A DNA stretch of 64,000 bases from NCBI GenBank assembly GCA_965222075.1, contig OZ244937.1, positions 64,001 to 128,000 of the forward strand. The letters run 5' to 3'. Position 1 is the first letter of the stretch, and every line of letters begins with the position of its first letter. The DNA comes from Candidatus Latescibacterota bacterium. GTDB taxonomy: Bacteria; Latescibacterota; UBA2968; GCA-2709665. Shown here in pieces: positions 38,067 through 47,549 of the stretch. Made by a program: the position numbers and the translations under genes. The notes beneath the pieces are model-generated. The model did no database searches, was not told the DNA's origin, and was given only the letters and a program-made list of their open reading frames with translations.

Positions 38067-39470
38067 ATGAGCGAACTCAGTTCACTTGGAGAACGCATCC
38101 GCAATCGGTCGGCTTCACTCCCACTGCAGGCCGTCGTGGCCCAAACTTTCCTTGCCCTATTTCTGCTGTTGTTCCTCACCGAACTCGACCGGGAACTGGT
38201 TCGGCGCGATTGGCTGCCGGTGCCGGGTGGGGGGATCGTGGTTTACTGTGGAGGCATGGTAGGGGTCGTAATCTGTCTGGCGGTCGCCGCCGGTCGTGCG
38301 AGAGCCGATCTCCTGGGCCAAGTCGTTGCCATTCTGCGGCACCATTGGCTCTTCGCGCTGGTCTTCCTGGCTCTCCTCCTCCTCAGCCTTGGGTATTGGT
38401 TTCGCCAACCGGCGGCAAAATTGCGAGACGCTCTGCTCATCGTAAGTCCGTCAATCGTCTGCATCGGTGCCGCCTTGTTGCCGCTGATCTCCCGTGTGCG
38501 GCGCGGTTGGCGAGCCTACCTGGGGCTCGCCTTTGTGGTCTACTGTCTGAGCATCTGGATGGATGTCTGGCAGCCCGGTACGTTTTCGACAATTGAGGGA
38601 CGGGCGGCTGGCTTGGCCGTGGATACCAACACGGGCGCCTACATGGTTGCGCTGTTGGCCGTTCCACTGCTTCACTACCGGCAGTTCAGTCTCGTCAGCC
38701 TGATCGTGTTGTACCTCGCGGGCCTGACGATCTTCTTGACCCTGTCCAGGGGGGGCGCGCTGTCCTGCCTGTTGGTGGCGGGTTGTTATCTCAGCCTCAT
38801 CTTCGCCAAGTCCCCCAGTCGGCGCGTGTTCGTCTCCCTCGCCTTCGGAGCGATGGCGGTCCTCCTGGTTTTTTTCGCGTGGTTATCTGTGCGATCCTTC
38901 GACCATTTCTCGGCCCCTGAAACCCAAACAAGGCTTAGACTCTTCCTCGGGAAAGCGAACTGGTTTCAGACCCGCTTGAAGGCCAGCAACAAGGCCGTAA
39001 TCGTCCCTATCCTCGAACGGTATAACAACCGATTTGGACGGGTAGTCCCAAAGGAAGGGCAGAATAACACCTCCGATCGAACCTACTTCCGCACCGACGG
39101 CGAATATGTGTACGTCGAGACGGCGAGGATGACCCGCCTGAAGAACGCCTTTGAAGCGATTGCGGCCTCCCCGATTGTAGGACACGGTACCGGGTTCAAT
39201 TCACATGGCGCCATATCCGCTCACAATATGTACCTGGCGCTGTGGATCGATTTCGGTCTCCTCGGCTTTCTCCTGTACATCGCCTTTTTGACCGCCGGAT
39301 TCTCGGGTTTTTACAGGTTGAAATATTGGCCAGGGATGTTCCTGATCGGGTTTGTGGCCTGCTGGAGTATGTTCAGTCACACCGTCTTTGCTTCCCGCCC
39401 CCTCTTCGTGGTGTTGGGGCTACTACTATCCCTGCCGCTGATGACAAGCCGCCACAGAGACGCTGCGTAG
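38067..39470 (+). CDS. O-antigen polymerase/ligase family membrane protein
   Basis: Polytopic; RAAGL..DTN, TLSRGG, PIVGHGTG, AHNMYL...DFGLLG. Confidence 0.8.
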   Translation: MSELSSLGERIRNRSASLPLQAVVAQTFLALFLLLFLTELDRELVRRDWLPVPGGGIVVYCGGMVGVVICLAVAAGRARADLLGQVVAILRHHWLFALVFLALLLLSLGYWFRQPAAKLRDALLIVSPSIVCIGAALLPLISRVRRGWRAYLGLAFVVYCLSIWMDVWQPGTFSTIEGRAAGLAVDTNTGAYMVALLAVPLLHYRQFSLVSLIVLYLAGLTIFLTLSRGGALSCLLVAGCYLSLIFAKSPSRRVFVSLAFGAMAVLLVFFAWLSVRSFDHFSAPETQTRLRLFLGKANWFQTRLKASNKAVIVPILERYNNRFGRVVPKEGQNNTSDRTYFRTDGEYVYVETARMTRLKNAFEAIAASPIVGHGTGFNSHGAISAHNMYLALWIDFGLLGFLLYIAFLTAGFSGFYRLKYWPGMFLIGFVACWSMFSHTVFASRPLFVVLGLLLSLPLMTSRHRDAA

Positions 39471-39522
39471 TAACATTCAACCCTGTCCGCTCCATGAGAC
39501 CGACCACCTCGGGTGCGTAAAA

Positions 39523-40788
39523 GTGTCTTCAAACAAGCTCCACATCGGCTTCGTGTTATCCTCCCTGGGGGGAGGAGGGGCAGAGCGGGTTACCCTTACC
39601 TTGGCCAACGCGCTCATACGGCGGGGCCATCGAATCGACCTGTTGTTGCTGCGCCCTTCAGGACAATATCGCGCCAGTATACCAAACAAGATGCGGCTGT
39701 ACTATCTGAAGGGGAGGCGTCCTGACCGAGATCTCTTTCAGGCCTGTCGAGAGCGCAATACTACGGTCACACCGTTATGGGTCAACCCATTGTCCATACT
39801 ACGCGCGTGGCCTGCGCTCAGGCGGAAGTATCCACAGGTGCGTGTTGGGTTAGGTAACGCCCGAGATGCCCTTGGCGTTGCCCAGTACGTTCGTGAAGCG
39901 CGTCCCATGATGCTGTTTTCGGCACTGCCACGAGCCAACACCGCTGTTGTCATCGGAACGGAACTGGCCTCACCAGTTGTTCCCACCGTGGTGTCGGTGC
40001 ACACTGTCGTCAGCATCGGTTACAGTGAAAAACAGTTGTCCAGAGCCAGAATTTTGCACCCTCGGTCAAACGCCGTTGTCGCGGTTTCGCAAGGTGTCCG
40101 CGAGGAAGTAATAAGGACATTGGGGATAAATGGCGAGAGCGTTTATTGTATCGACAACGGTATATCTCCTTCAGAGATACGACGGCTGAGCCAGGAGGAG
40201 GTGAACCACCCGTGGTTTTGCGACGATCCGGTGCCTGTGATATTGACCGTAGGGCGACCATCGCGCGAGAAGGATCATCTCACGCTGGTTGAGGCGTTTG
40301 GCCGTGTCCGTCGTCAACTGCGTGTTCGACTTGTCATTATGGGCAACCGTTTGGAGTCATACCAGACACGGCTGAGGTCTATGGCGGGGAGTTTGGGAGT
40401 GGAGCAGGACTTCGGCTTTCTCGATTTTGACGAAAACCCATTCCGGTACATGCGCAGGGCAAGATTGGTTGTGCTTTCGTCCCGGTCGGAGGCGTTCCCG
40501 ACCGTGCTTATGGAAGCCATGGCTTGCGGCACTTCAGTAATCAGTACCAATGCTCCGCATGGACCGGCTGAGATACTTGGGGGTGGCAGGTGGGGTAAAT
40601 TGGTCCCGGTCGGAGATCCGCCCGCTCTCGCGCAGGCTATCTTGGACGTTCTTGGTGGTGACGCGATTGCAGAGACAGAGTTAAGGCTACGTGCCGACGA
40701 TTTTGCCGACCACCACGCAGCTAGGGCGTATGAGGATCTGTTTGAGAAGGTAGTAAACTCTGTCTCGATCGTGCGGTCTGATCCATGA
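39523..40788 (+). CDS. Glycosyltransferase family 4
   Basis: GGGGAERV, VGR...EKDH, NPFRYM, EAFPTVLMEAMACG. Confidence 0.9.
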   Translation: MSSNKLHIGFVLSSLGGGGAERVTLTLANALIRRGHRIDLLLLRPSGQYRASIPNKMRLYYLKGRRPDRDLFQACRERNTTVTPLWVNPLSILRAWPALRRKYPQVRVGLGNARDALGVAQYVREARPMMLFSALPRANTAVVIGTELASPVVPTVVSVHTVVSIGYSEKQLSRARILHPRSNAVVAVSQGVREEVIRTLGINGESVYCIDNGISPSEIRRLSQEEVNHPWFCDDPVPVILTVGRPSREKDHLTLVEAFGRVRRQLRVRLVIMGNRLESYQTRLRSMAGSLGVEQDFGFLDFDENPFRYMRRARLVVLSSRSEAFPTVLMEAMACGTSVISTNAPHGPAEILGGGRWGKLVPVGDPPALAQAILDVLGGDAIAETELRLRADDFADHHAARAYEDLFEKVVNSVSIVRSDP

Positions 40789-42155
40789 GTGCATCTCATT
40801 TGAAACCGGCGACTGCACATATCCCACCTGTCCCGAATACGACCGGCGGACAGGAAGTATCTATTGTCTTTGCGTCACGGACCGGGTTGCAAGTATTCGG
40901 CCTCCTGAGTCAAAGTCTGCTCGCCTACACGCTCCTTCCCGAAGGCCGAGGCGCCTATGCGATTTGCGTCATGTTCACAGTCTTGCTGGGTATGCTCTTT
41001 ACGCTGAGTGCCGACAGGGGTGCGCAGTATTTTATCATGGCGAAACAGATGAGCGTGTCGCAGGGCGTATCCCTTGCCCTGACCACTGGTCTCGCGGCAA
41101 GCTTGTTGGCCACTGTATTGGCGATTCCGTTAATCCACAGCGACCTCGCCTTTTTTCAGCAGGCAGACACCCGTTCCTTTTACCTGGCGCTCGTATTGAT
41201 CCCACTGACGTCCATGGCGACGGCAACCGACCTCCTGCTTGCCGGGCTTAGGCGCTTTGGGCGGCTCGCGTTCTTTCTATTGCTTCAGTCCCTCGTCAGT
41301 GTGCTTGCCGTGGCAACGCTCGTTTGGGGACTGAGCCTTGGAGTGGACGGCGCCATCATATCATTGATCGTCGGAAATTCTGTGATGGTCGCGGCTTGCC
41401 TGTGGGACCTCCGCCGGCATTGTGGCTTGGTCTGGGAGATGCCGTCTCGTTCCGGGTTACGATGTGTTCTCGGGTATGGCTTGAAATACCATATTGCGCG
41501 GATGGGAAGCCAAGCCGATACGCGCGTTGGCGTTCTCATCCTCGGTATCCTCGCGAGCCGTGGCGAAATCGGCCTGTTTGCGGCTGCCAGTGCGCTTGTG
41601 TTTCGTTTCATGATTATATCCAACGCGGTCGGAACCGTGCTGTATCCCCGAGTCGCCGGCGATGTGGGAAGTCGCCCCGAACTGTGCGCGCTCTGTCTGC
41701 GTCTCGTTTGCGGGGCTACGGCAAGCGCCCTCGTGGCATTGCTCGCAATTAGCACGCCATTGGTCAGGATTCTGCTTTCGGAGGCCTTTCTGCCAGCAGT
41801 CTTGCTTATCTGGATCATGGCTCCCGGAATCTTTGTCTACGCCGGTGGTGGTATGTTCACGACGTATTTCCTCGGCATAAATCGCCCGGAACTCAGTTCA
41901 TGGGCCGTTTCGATTGGATTGTGCGTGAATGTCGTCTCGTTCTTTGTACTCTACCCCCCACTCGGTGTACAAGGCGCCGCCTGGGCCATGACCCTCGGCA
42001 TGTTTTGTCGCATGGCTTACCTGGCAATCGCCTTCCACCGGGCGACGCACATGACCCTGACCTCGACCTGGCTGCCACAGCGCGGTGACATGGTTTACCT
42101 GTGGGCTTCGAGTCGGTCCATGATCAACCGCACCATCGGGAGGAAATCTGCATGA
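40785..42155 (+). CDS. Wzx-type oligosaccharide flippase
   Basis: 12-14 hydrophobic segments, LLPEGRG.Y, LGV.GA motifs; ATGA overlap with upstream gene. Confidence 0.8.
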   Translation: MSASHLKPATAHIPPVPNTTGGQEVSIVFASRTGLQVFGLLSQSLLAYTLLPEGRGAYAICVMFTVLLGMLFTLSADRGAQYFIMAKQMSVSQGVSLALTTGLAASLLATVLAIPLIHSDLAFFQQADTRSFYLALVLIPLTSMATATDLLLAGLRRFGRLAFFLLLQSLVSVLAVATLVWGLSLGVDGAIISLIVGNSVMVAACLWDLRRHCGLVWEMPSRSGLRCVLGYGLKYHIARMGSQADTRVGVLILGILASRGEIGLFAAASALVFRFMIISNAVGTVLYPRVAGDVGSRPELCALCLRLVCGATASALVALLAISTPLVRILLSEAFLPAVLLIWIMAPGIFVYAGGGMFTTYFLGINRPELSSWAVSIGLCVNVVSFFVLYPPLGVQGAAWAMTLGMFCRMAYLAIAFHRATHMTLTSTWLPQRGDMVYLWASSRSMINRTIGRKSA

Positions 42156-42295
42156 AGAAAAGCAGCTTTGAAACCGAAATTTCCAAGGGACAGCGGTTCG
42201 AGTTTGGCAAGAATCGGCAAAGTTTGATTGACAGCCTTGGGTTATTCTGGTGGCAATTGAGCTATGCTTTCAGAGTTCATCATGAGCAGGTTTAG
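42152..42295 (+). pseudogene. 5' stub of a class I SAM methyltransferase
   Basis: ATGA-coupled start; E...GQRFEFGKN resembles the N-terminus of glycan-cluster methyltransferases (recalled); no SAM motif follows. Confidence 0.45.
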
Positions 42296-43541
42296 GAGAA
42301 CCCTATCCGGTCTGGCGTCCTATGTACCCGGCAACCGCAGACTTGACCATCAGCGGTGCCCTGTGAATGGCACCCGGGTCACACTGGTCATCGACCAACT
42401 GAATTCGGGAGGCGCGCAGCGCCAGCTCTGCATGCTGGCCGTGCATCTCAAACGCCGGGGCTACCATGTCGAGGTGCTGGTCTATTGGCGGGCGAACTTC
42501 TTTACTGGTCTGCTGAGGGAGGCCGGCATTCCCATCGTCTACGTGCCCTCCCGCAACAGGCTGTACCTTATCTACGCCATGCGTCGGGCTGTGCGGCGGA
42601 GCAGGCCCGATGTGGTCATCTCGTTCCTGTCGGGGTCCAACATGCTGGCGGAATTGGCAGCGTTGCCCCACCGGGACTTCGCGGTCATCACATCGGAGCG
42701 CAACCTGGACACGAGCGGAAGGAGCCTGCGGCGGGATTTGCGTTATACCTTGCATTGTTTTGCGGACGCCGTGGTGAGCAATTCCCACTCCCAGCGGGAT
42801 CGCATCAACCAGATTGCGCCCTACCTCGAAGAGCGCACTCACGTTGTCGTGAATGGTGTGGATCTCGACTACTTCAGACCGGCCGACCCGCCTGGGCACA
42901 GCCAGTCCAACGAGATGCGCATGGTTGTGCTGGCCCGATACGCGCCACAAAAGAATCCTTTCGGTCTGCTGGCGGCGGTGGAGATCATCCGACGCGAACA
43001 TCCCGCGCTTAACCTTGTGGTTGACTGGTATGGAGCCCCCATCGCAGTGGACAGCCGACGCCATTCGAAGTGGGGGTATGGTTCCCGCCAGAAACTGGCG
43101 AATTACTACCGCAAGTTGGAGGAAGCCATTGGGAAGCAGTGCCTTTGGGATCGGTTCCGCTTGCACCGGACTCGGCAGAACGTGGTCCCCCTCTACCACG
43201 CGGCGGAGGTGGTCTGCCTGCCTTCGCTCTACGAAGGCACATCCAACGTCATTTGCGAAGCCATGGCCTGTGGAATCCCTGTACTAGCCAGTCGCGTTAG
43301 CGACAATCCTCGTCTGGTGGAGGAGGGGCGGAACGGTCTGCTGTTCGACCCCCTATCGCCTTGGGACATGGCAGACGCTATTGTGCGCTTTGCCGCCGAG
43401 CCTTTAGAGGTTCGGCGGCGTATGGGTCTGGAGGGACGCAAGATGGCCGAGGCCATGCTGTCGCCGGATGTGTACGCCGATCGCTTCGTTGAACTGATTA
43501 ACCAGGTCATCCTCCACAGAGACAAGGGCGGGTGTACGTGA
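42264..43541 (+). CDS. Glycosyltransferase family 4
   Basis: GGAQRQL, SERN, NGVD, PSLYEG.SNVICEAMACG. Confidence 0.9.
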   Translation: MLSEFIMSRFRRTLSGLASYVPGNRRLDHQRCPVNGTRVTLVIDQLNSGGAQRQLCMLAVHLKRRGYHVEVLVYWRANFFTGLLREAGIPIVYVPSRNRLYLIYAMRRAVRRSRPDVVISFLSGSNMLAELAALPHRDFAVITSERNLDTSGRSLRRDLRYTLHCFADAVVSNSHSQRDRINQIAPYLEERTHVVVNGVDLDYFRPADPPGHSQSNEMRMVVLARYAPQKNPFGLLAAVEIIRREHPALNLVVDWYGAPIAVDSRRHSKWGYGSRQKLANYYRKLEEAIGKQCLWDRFRLHRTRQNVVPLYHAAEVVCLPSLYEGTSNVICEAMACGIPVLASRVSDNPRLVEEGRNGLLFDPLSPWDMADAIVRFAAEPLEVRRRMGLEGRKMAEAMLSPDVYADRFVELINQVILHRDKGGCT

Positions 43542-43722
43542 GCTTGTGGTCCCGGGTCAAGGCTTCTTCCTTCGCATTTGATTGCAAAAAGCACATCGCC
43601 GAACTGCGTAACGGCAAAGTTAGGAAATTGGATCTGATTGCAGTCAATGGCGTAGAGTCGGCGACTGGCAAACGACCCGGCATGGAACGGAAGAAGCCGG
43701 TTCGCCGGGAAAGGCTTGAAAC

Positions 43723-44814
43723 ATGAGCGAGAGAGTTCCAGGGGGGACAAAGGTCCTGATCATCGGACCGCTGCCGAGCACTTCAGCCTCCGTCACCGAG
43801 GTCACCGGGGGCGCCAAAGTATTGTTTGAGGAAACCGTGCGCCAACTGCGCATGCGGGACTTTGAGCTGGACATCCTCAGCTCGTCGAGGCCGCGGCAAA
43901 ATCTCTCCTTCTGGAAGGTTCAGGTCTACAACCTGCTGGCGTTCGCACGGGTTGTCTTGGATATTCTGAAGAAGATTCGGTACTCCCAGCTGGTTTTCCT
44001 CAATCTGGTTCCCTATGCGGCATGGATCGTGGCTTCCTCTGTTTGGGTGATCTGCAAAGTCTCCCGCCGTCCCATGGCATTGCGGTTCTTCGCGGGCAAC
44101 TTGAGCCTGATCTATCAGGAGTACAGTTCCATGACCCGCTGGTTGGCCGACAGAACCTATATGCGGTGCCCGCTCGTGTTCGTAGAAACGCAGCAGTTGT
44201 GCCAGGACTTCCGCACCTGGGGCAATTTCCGCTGGCTGCCCAATACGAGGGACATCAAGACCCCTACCGCGACCAGGCGGGATAAGATCCGCAGGCTGAT
44301 CTTCGTTGCTCCGTTGCGATTGGAAAAAGGATTGGCCGAGGTCCTCGAGGCCTGCCGCTCGTTGCCCGAGGGCTGCCATCTTGGGGTATTCGGGCCCCGA
44401 ATGCTCAACACCGACTTCTCCTTGTTCGAGGGTCATCCCCGGGCGACATATAGGGGAGTTCTGGAGCCGGCGGAAGTACCTCGGGTCCTGGCTGAACACG
44501 ATCTGCTGTTGCTTCCCAGCTACCACAGAAGCGAAGGCTATCCAGGCGTTATCCTCGAAGCCTTCCAGTGTGGGGTGCCGGTCATCGCCACCCGGTGGCA
44601 AGCCATTCCCGAGGTCGTCCAACACGAAGAGAACGGGTTGCTCGTAGAACCCCGCTCGGCCACGGCCCTGCAGGCCGCGATAGAGCGGCTGCTGGAAGAT
44701 CCCGATCTGTACCGACGGCTGTGCAGGGGAGCCGAGCGTCGAGGTGCGTTCTTCCGCAGCGCGGTCTGGTACGACCAGGTCGCCGTAGACTTGCGCGGTT
44801 TGGTCAGCTGGTAG
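43723..44814 (+). CDS. Glycosyltransferase family 4
   Basis: IIGPLP, EKG, LLPSY..EGYPGVILEAF..GVPVI, NGLLVEP. Confidence 0.9.
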   Translation: MSERVPGGTKVLIIGPLPSTSASVTEVTGGAKVLFEETVRQLRMRDFELDILSSSRPRQNLSFWKVQVYNLLAFARVVLDILKKIRYSQLVFLNLVPYAAWIVASSVWVICKVSRRPMALRFFAGNLSLIYQEYSSMTRWLADRTYMRCPLVFVETQQLCQDFRTWGNFRWLPNTRDIKTPTATRRDKIRRLIFVAPLRLEKGLAEVLEACRSLPEGCHLGVFGPRMLNTDFSLFEGHPRATYRGVLEPAEVPRVLAEHDLLLLPSYHRSEGYPGVILEAFQCGVPVIATRWQAIPEVVQHEENGLLVEPRSATALQAAIERLLEDPDLYRRLCRGAERRGAFFRSAVWYDQVAVDLRGLVSW

Positions 44815-44819
44815 AGGCC

Positions 44820-46043
44820 ATGTTTAGCAAAATACTTCGTCGGTGGTATAGAGGGATCCGTTCTCCCAGGATTCGGGACGCGGTAAGTCGGATGCGTAAC
44901 TGGGGGCAAGATATACAGCTGTCCCCTGCAGCGAGAGTGGAGCGTTCCTGCGATCGCAGTGGTCAGTTGCCTCCCGACCCTGGAATAGACGCCATCGTCG
45001 ATTCCTGCGTTGACTGGTTGCGCCATGCCCAAGACAACTCGGCATCCCAGGACGGGGGAGTGGCGGCGCATTACAGCCTAATCACTGGATGGTCCGCATC
45101 CTATCCGGAAACTACGGGCTACATCGTTCCCACCATGTTGGATTACGCCCGTCGGCGGGAAGACGGCGACGCTCAAGACAGAGCACGAAGGATGCTCGAC
45201 TGGCTGGTTTCAATACAGTTCCGGGAAGGCGGATTTCAGGGCGGACATATCGATGACAGCCCGCGAGTTCCGGTGACCTTCAATACCGGCCAGGTCTTGC
45301 TCGGCCTGGTGGCCGGGCACCGCGAGTTCGGAACACTCCGGGAGCCTCTCAAGCGCGCGGCGGATTGGCTTGTGACGACCCAGGACCTCGACGGGTGTTG
45401 GCGTCGGCATTCGTCTCCATTCACCGCCTCCACCGAGAAGGCTTACGATACCCATGTGGCCTGGAGTCTTCTGGAGGCGGACTCCATCGAAACAGGCGGT
45501 TCGTACGCGGTCGCGGCGATGGCTAACATTCGCTGGGCGTTGACCCATCAACGCGAAGACGGTTTTTATGAGAATTGCTGTCTCAATGGCGCCACGTGGC
45601 CCCTCACCCACACTCTTGGGTACGCCCTGCGTGGCATTATAGAAGCCTATCGAGCGAGCAAGAACGAAGCGCTCTTGACCGCCTCGCGGCTGACTGCAAA
45701 CGGGTTGCTACAGTGTCTTGGTGGAGACGGTTTTCTACCAGGCCGTATCATGCCGGGCTGGCGCCCGGCGGTGGATTGGGCTTGCCTCACCGGGACGGCA
45801 CAGATCGCATATTGCTGGCTCACGCTGTACGGATTCACGGGAGAGGGCCGATATCTGGATGCCGGCCGGCTTGCCAATTCCTTTGTACGACGCACCATTC
45901 GAGTCGCCGGACCACCGGAGCTCCGAGGCGGTGTCAAGGGCTCTTACCCCATAGACGGTGATTATAAACGGTATCTCTATCCCAGCTGGGCGGTCAAATT
46001 CAGCATTGATTCAAATCTGCTCGAAGCCACTTTTTGTTGTTGA
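44820..46043 (+). CDS. (alpha/alpha)-barrel protein with prenyltransferase/squalene-cyclase-like repeats
   Basis: ATG 44820 after GAGG; repeated WL..Q..DG units; SYPETTGY, FNTGQV, CLTG.AQ, W..KF. Confidence 0.7.
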   Translation: MFSKILRRWYRGIRSPRIRDAVSRMRNWGQDIQLSPAARVERSCDRSGQLPPDPGIDAIVDSCVDWLRHAQDNSASQDGGVAAHYSLITGWSASYPETTGYIVPTMLDYARRREDGDAQDRARRMLDWLVSIQFREGGFQGGHIDDSPRVPVTFNTGQVLLGLVAGHREFGTLREPLKRAADWLVTTQDLDGCWRRHSSPFTASTEKAYDTHVAWSLLEADSIETGGSYAVAAMANIRWALTHQREDGFYENCCLNGATWPLTHTLGYALRGIIEAYRASKNEALLTASRLTANGLLQCLGGDGFLPGRIMPGWRPAVDWACLTGTAQIAYCWLTLYGFTGEGRYLDAGRLANSFVRRTIRVAGPPELRGGVKGSYPIDGDYKRYLYPSWAVKFSIDSNLLEATFCC

Positions 46044-46151
46044 CGGCAGTTGGACCACCAGAGCCCGCTTTCTTCCATTGGGCGCGACTTTGATAGTCGT
46101 CTCGTATTCCCGCTCCCTGTTGTACGGCTTTATATCCGCAGGAGCTGTCCG

Positions 46152-46997
46152 TCATGGTAAGCGTCCGGATGAACCGGCTTTCCGCAAGTATATCCCCTCT
46201 CCCATCCGCTCCGATGAGATCTCGATGATTGCCCGGCATTCAAGCGATGAAGCGTCCAACACCTTCAACGACTCTTCAGAAAGGCGCGGTTTCTCTCCAT
46301 CCTGAGACAGTGGAACGAAGAACACCTTGTTGACCAGTTCGTTTTCTTTGATTCTCTGCAGTAGACGCCTGAAGCCAAGCTTGCGCAGTGCGATACCACA
46401 TGACCACCCAAACGCCGAGAGCCAGATGAATCTCGGACTGACCGATTCGTTCACTGCTCCTTGCGGAACGGAATTGAACTTCGAAGCCTGACAGAGAGAA
46501 GCCAGGACCTCCAGCACAGCGGCCGTATCCTTGGTAAGTGCGGAAAAGTAGACGGTTAGAATGTCGACATCGATTCGGTAAATATCTAAAAGTACCTTCG
46601 GGACCAGCCTGTCACGTACCGTAACCTCCTCCGAGTGCCTGTCGCCAAAGAGAGCTGAGGGCTCTCCTCGGCTCTTCCTAAACCGCATCATTGAAATGGC
46701 CCGGTCCCGATGGTTTCTGACAAGCACCATCAGCAATATCCTGAAGCCTTCTCTCCTTAGTGTCTCAACCGCCTCGGATAGCCCAGGATCATTGTAGGCA
46801 TCGGGGGCGATGTCACTTAGCAGTTTTCCTTGTTGGCCATGCACCTGTTTCCACGCTCGTTTAAACGCCCTTGGAGACCGGTAATAGAACCGATCTTTGA
46901 TTTCAGGCAAGGCGAAGTCGGGATGGTCTTTTAAGATGCGGTACAGAAAATCGCTTCCGGACCGCCCAGGTCCAACTACTAGCAGATAATCGTACAC
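46152..46997 (-). CDS. Sulfotransferase-like P-loop protein
   Basis: LVVGPGRSGSDFLY..L..HP...P..K (5'-PSB-like) and VRN..DRAIS (3'-PB-like); only minus-strand gene. Confidence 0.65.
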   Translation of the reverse strand: MYDYLLVVGPGRSGSDFLYRILKDHPDFALPEIKDRFYYRSPRAFKRAWKQVHGQQGKLLSDIAPDAYNDPGLSEAVETLRREGFRILLMVLVRNHRDRAISMMRFRKSRGEPSALFGDRHSEEVTVRDRLVPKVLLDIYRIDVDILTVYFSALTKDTAAVLEVLASLCQASKFNSVPQGAVNESVSPRFIWLSAFGWSCGIALRKLGFRRLLQRIKENELVNKVFFVPLSQDGEKPRLSEESLKVLDASSLECRAIIEISSERMGEGIYLRKAGSSGRLP

Positions 46998-47549
46998 GTT
47001 TGACCTGCCTTCTCAGTTGTAGTGCCAGCGCGTGGCCTGTCTGCGCTTCGTTGAGCGACGTGAGCGACCGAAGTCGCGTGGTGCGCCACTGACCAAGAAC
47101 GTAGCGGAATTGTCCTTGACATGGCTGGCCACTGTAGCTACATTCGAGCCATATCAGGAGGGCATTCAGGATGAGTACCGATACCGTACCAAAAATGTAC
47201 CGAAATAGAGCAGATGCTGTCAAGCGTACGGATTCACGGTCGACAATGGGTGAGATGGTATCGCTCTGAAGGCTTCGCCGAGGTTCTCAACCATCGCGGC
47301 TTGGCATACGATTCGTGCGGGTCCAGCGCACCGAGCAATCGGCACGCCCTGACTCTCGATCACAGCCGAATTGTGGACCGAGGGCCGGTCCTTGCCGGAG
47401 GTCCTCTGGTAGGCTGTATCACAAACCTGGGAAAGCCTACTTTGCACAAGGCAAACCTGTACGTCGGCATCAGTCCGGAAAGCGAGAGCGAAGATTTGCG
47501 CGGTGCCTGCTTGTATCATAGGCTTCAAGTCTTCGGTTCGGAGAGTTGA

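Noticed and set aside
47000-47549. Short ORFs 46903-47223, 47214-47549, 47220-47528
   Set aside because: No RBS or motif support; left unannotated
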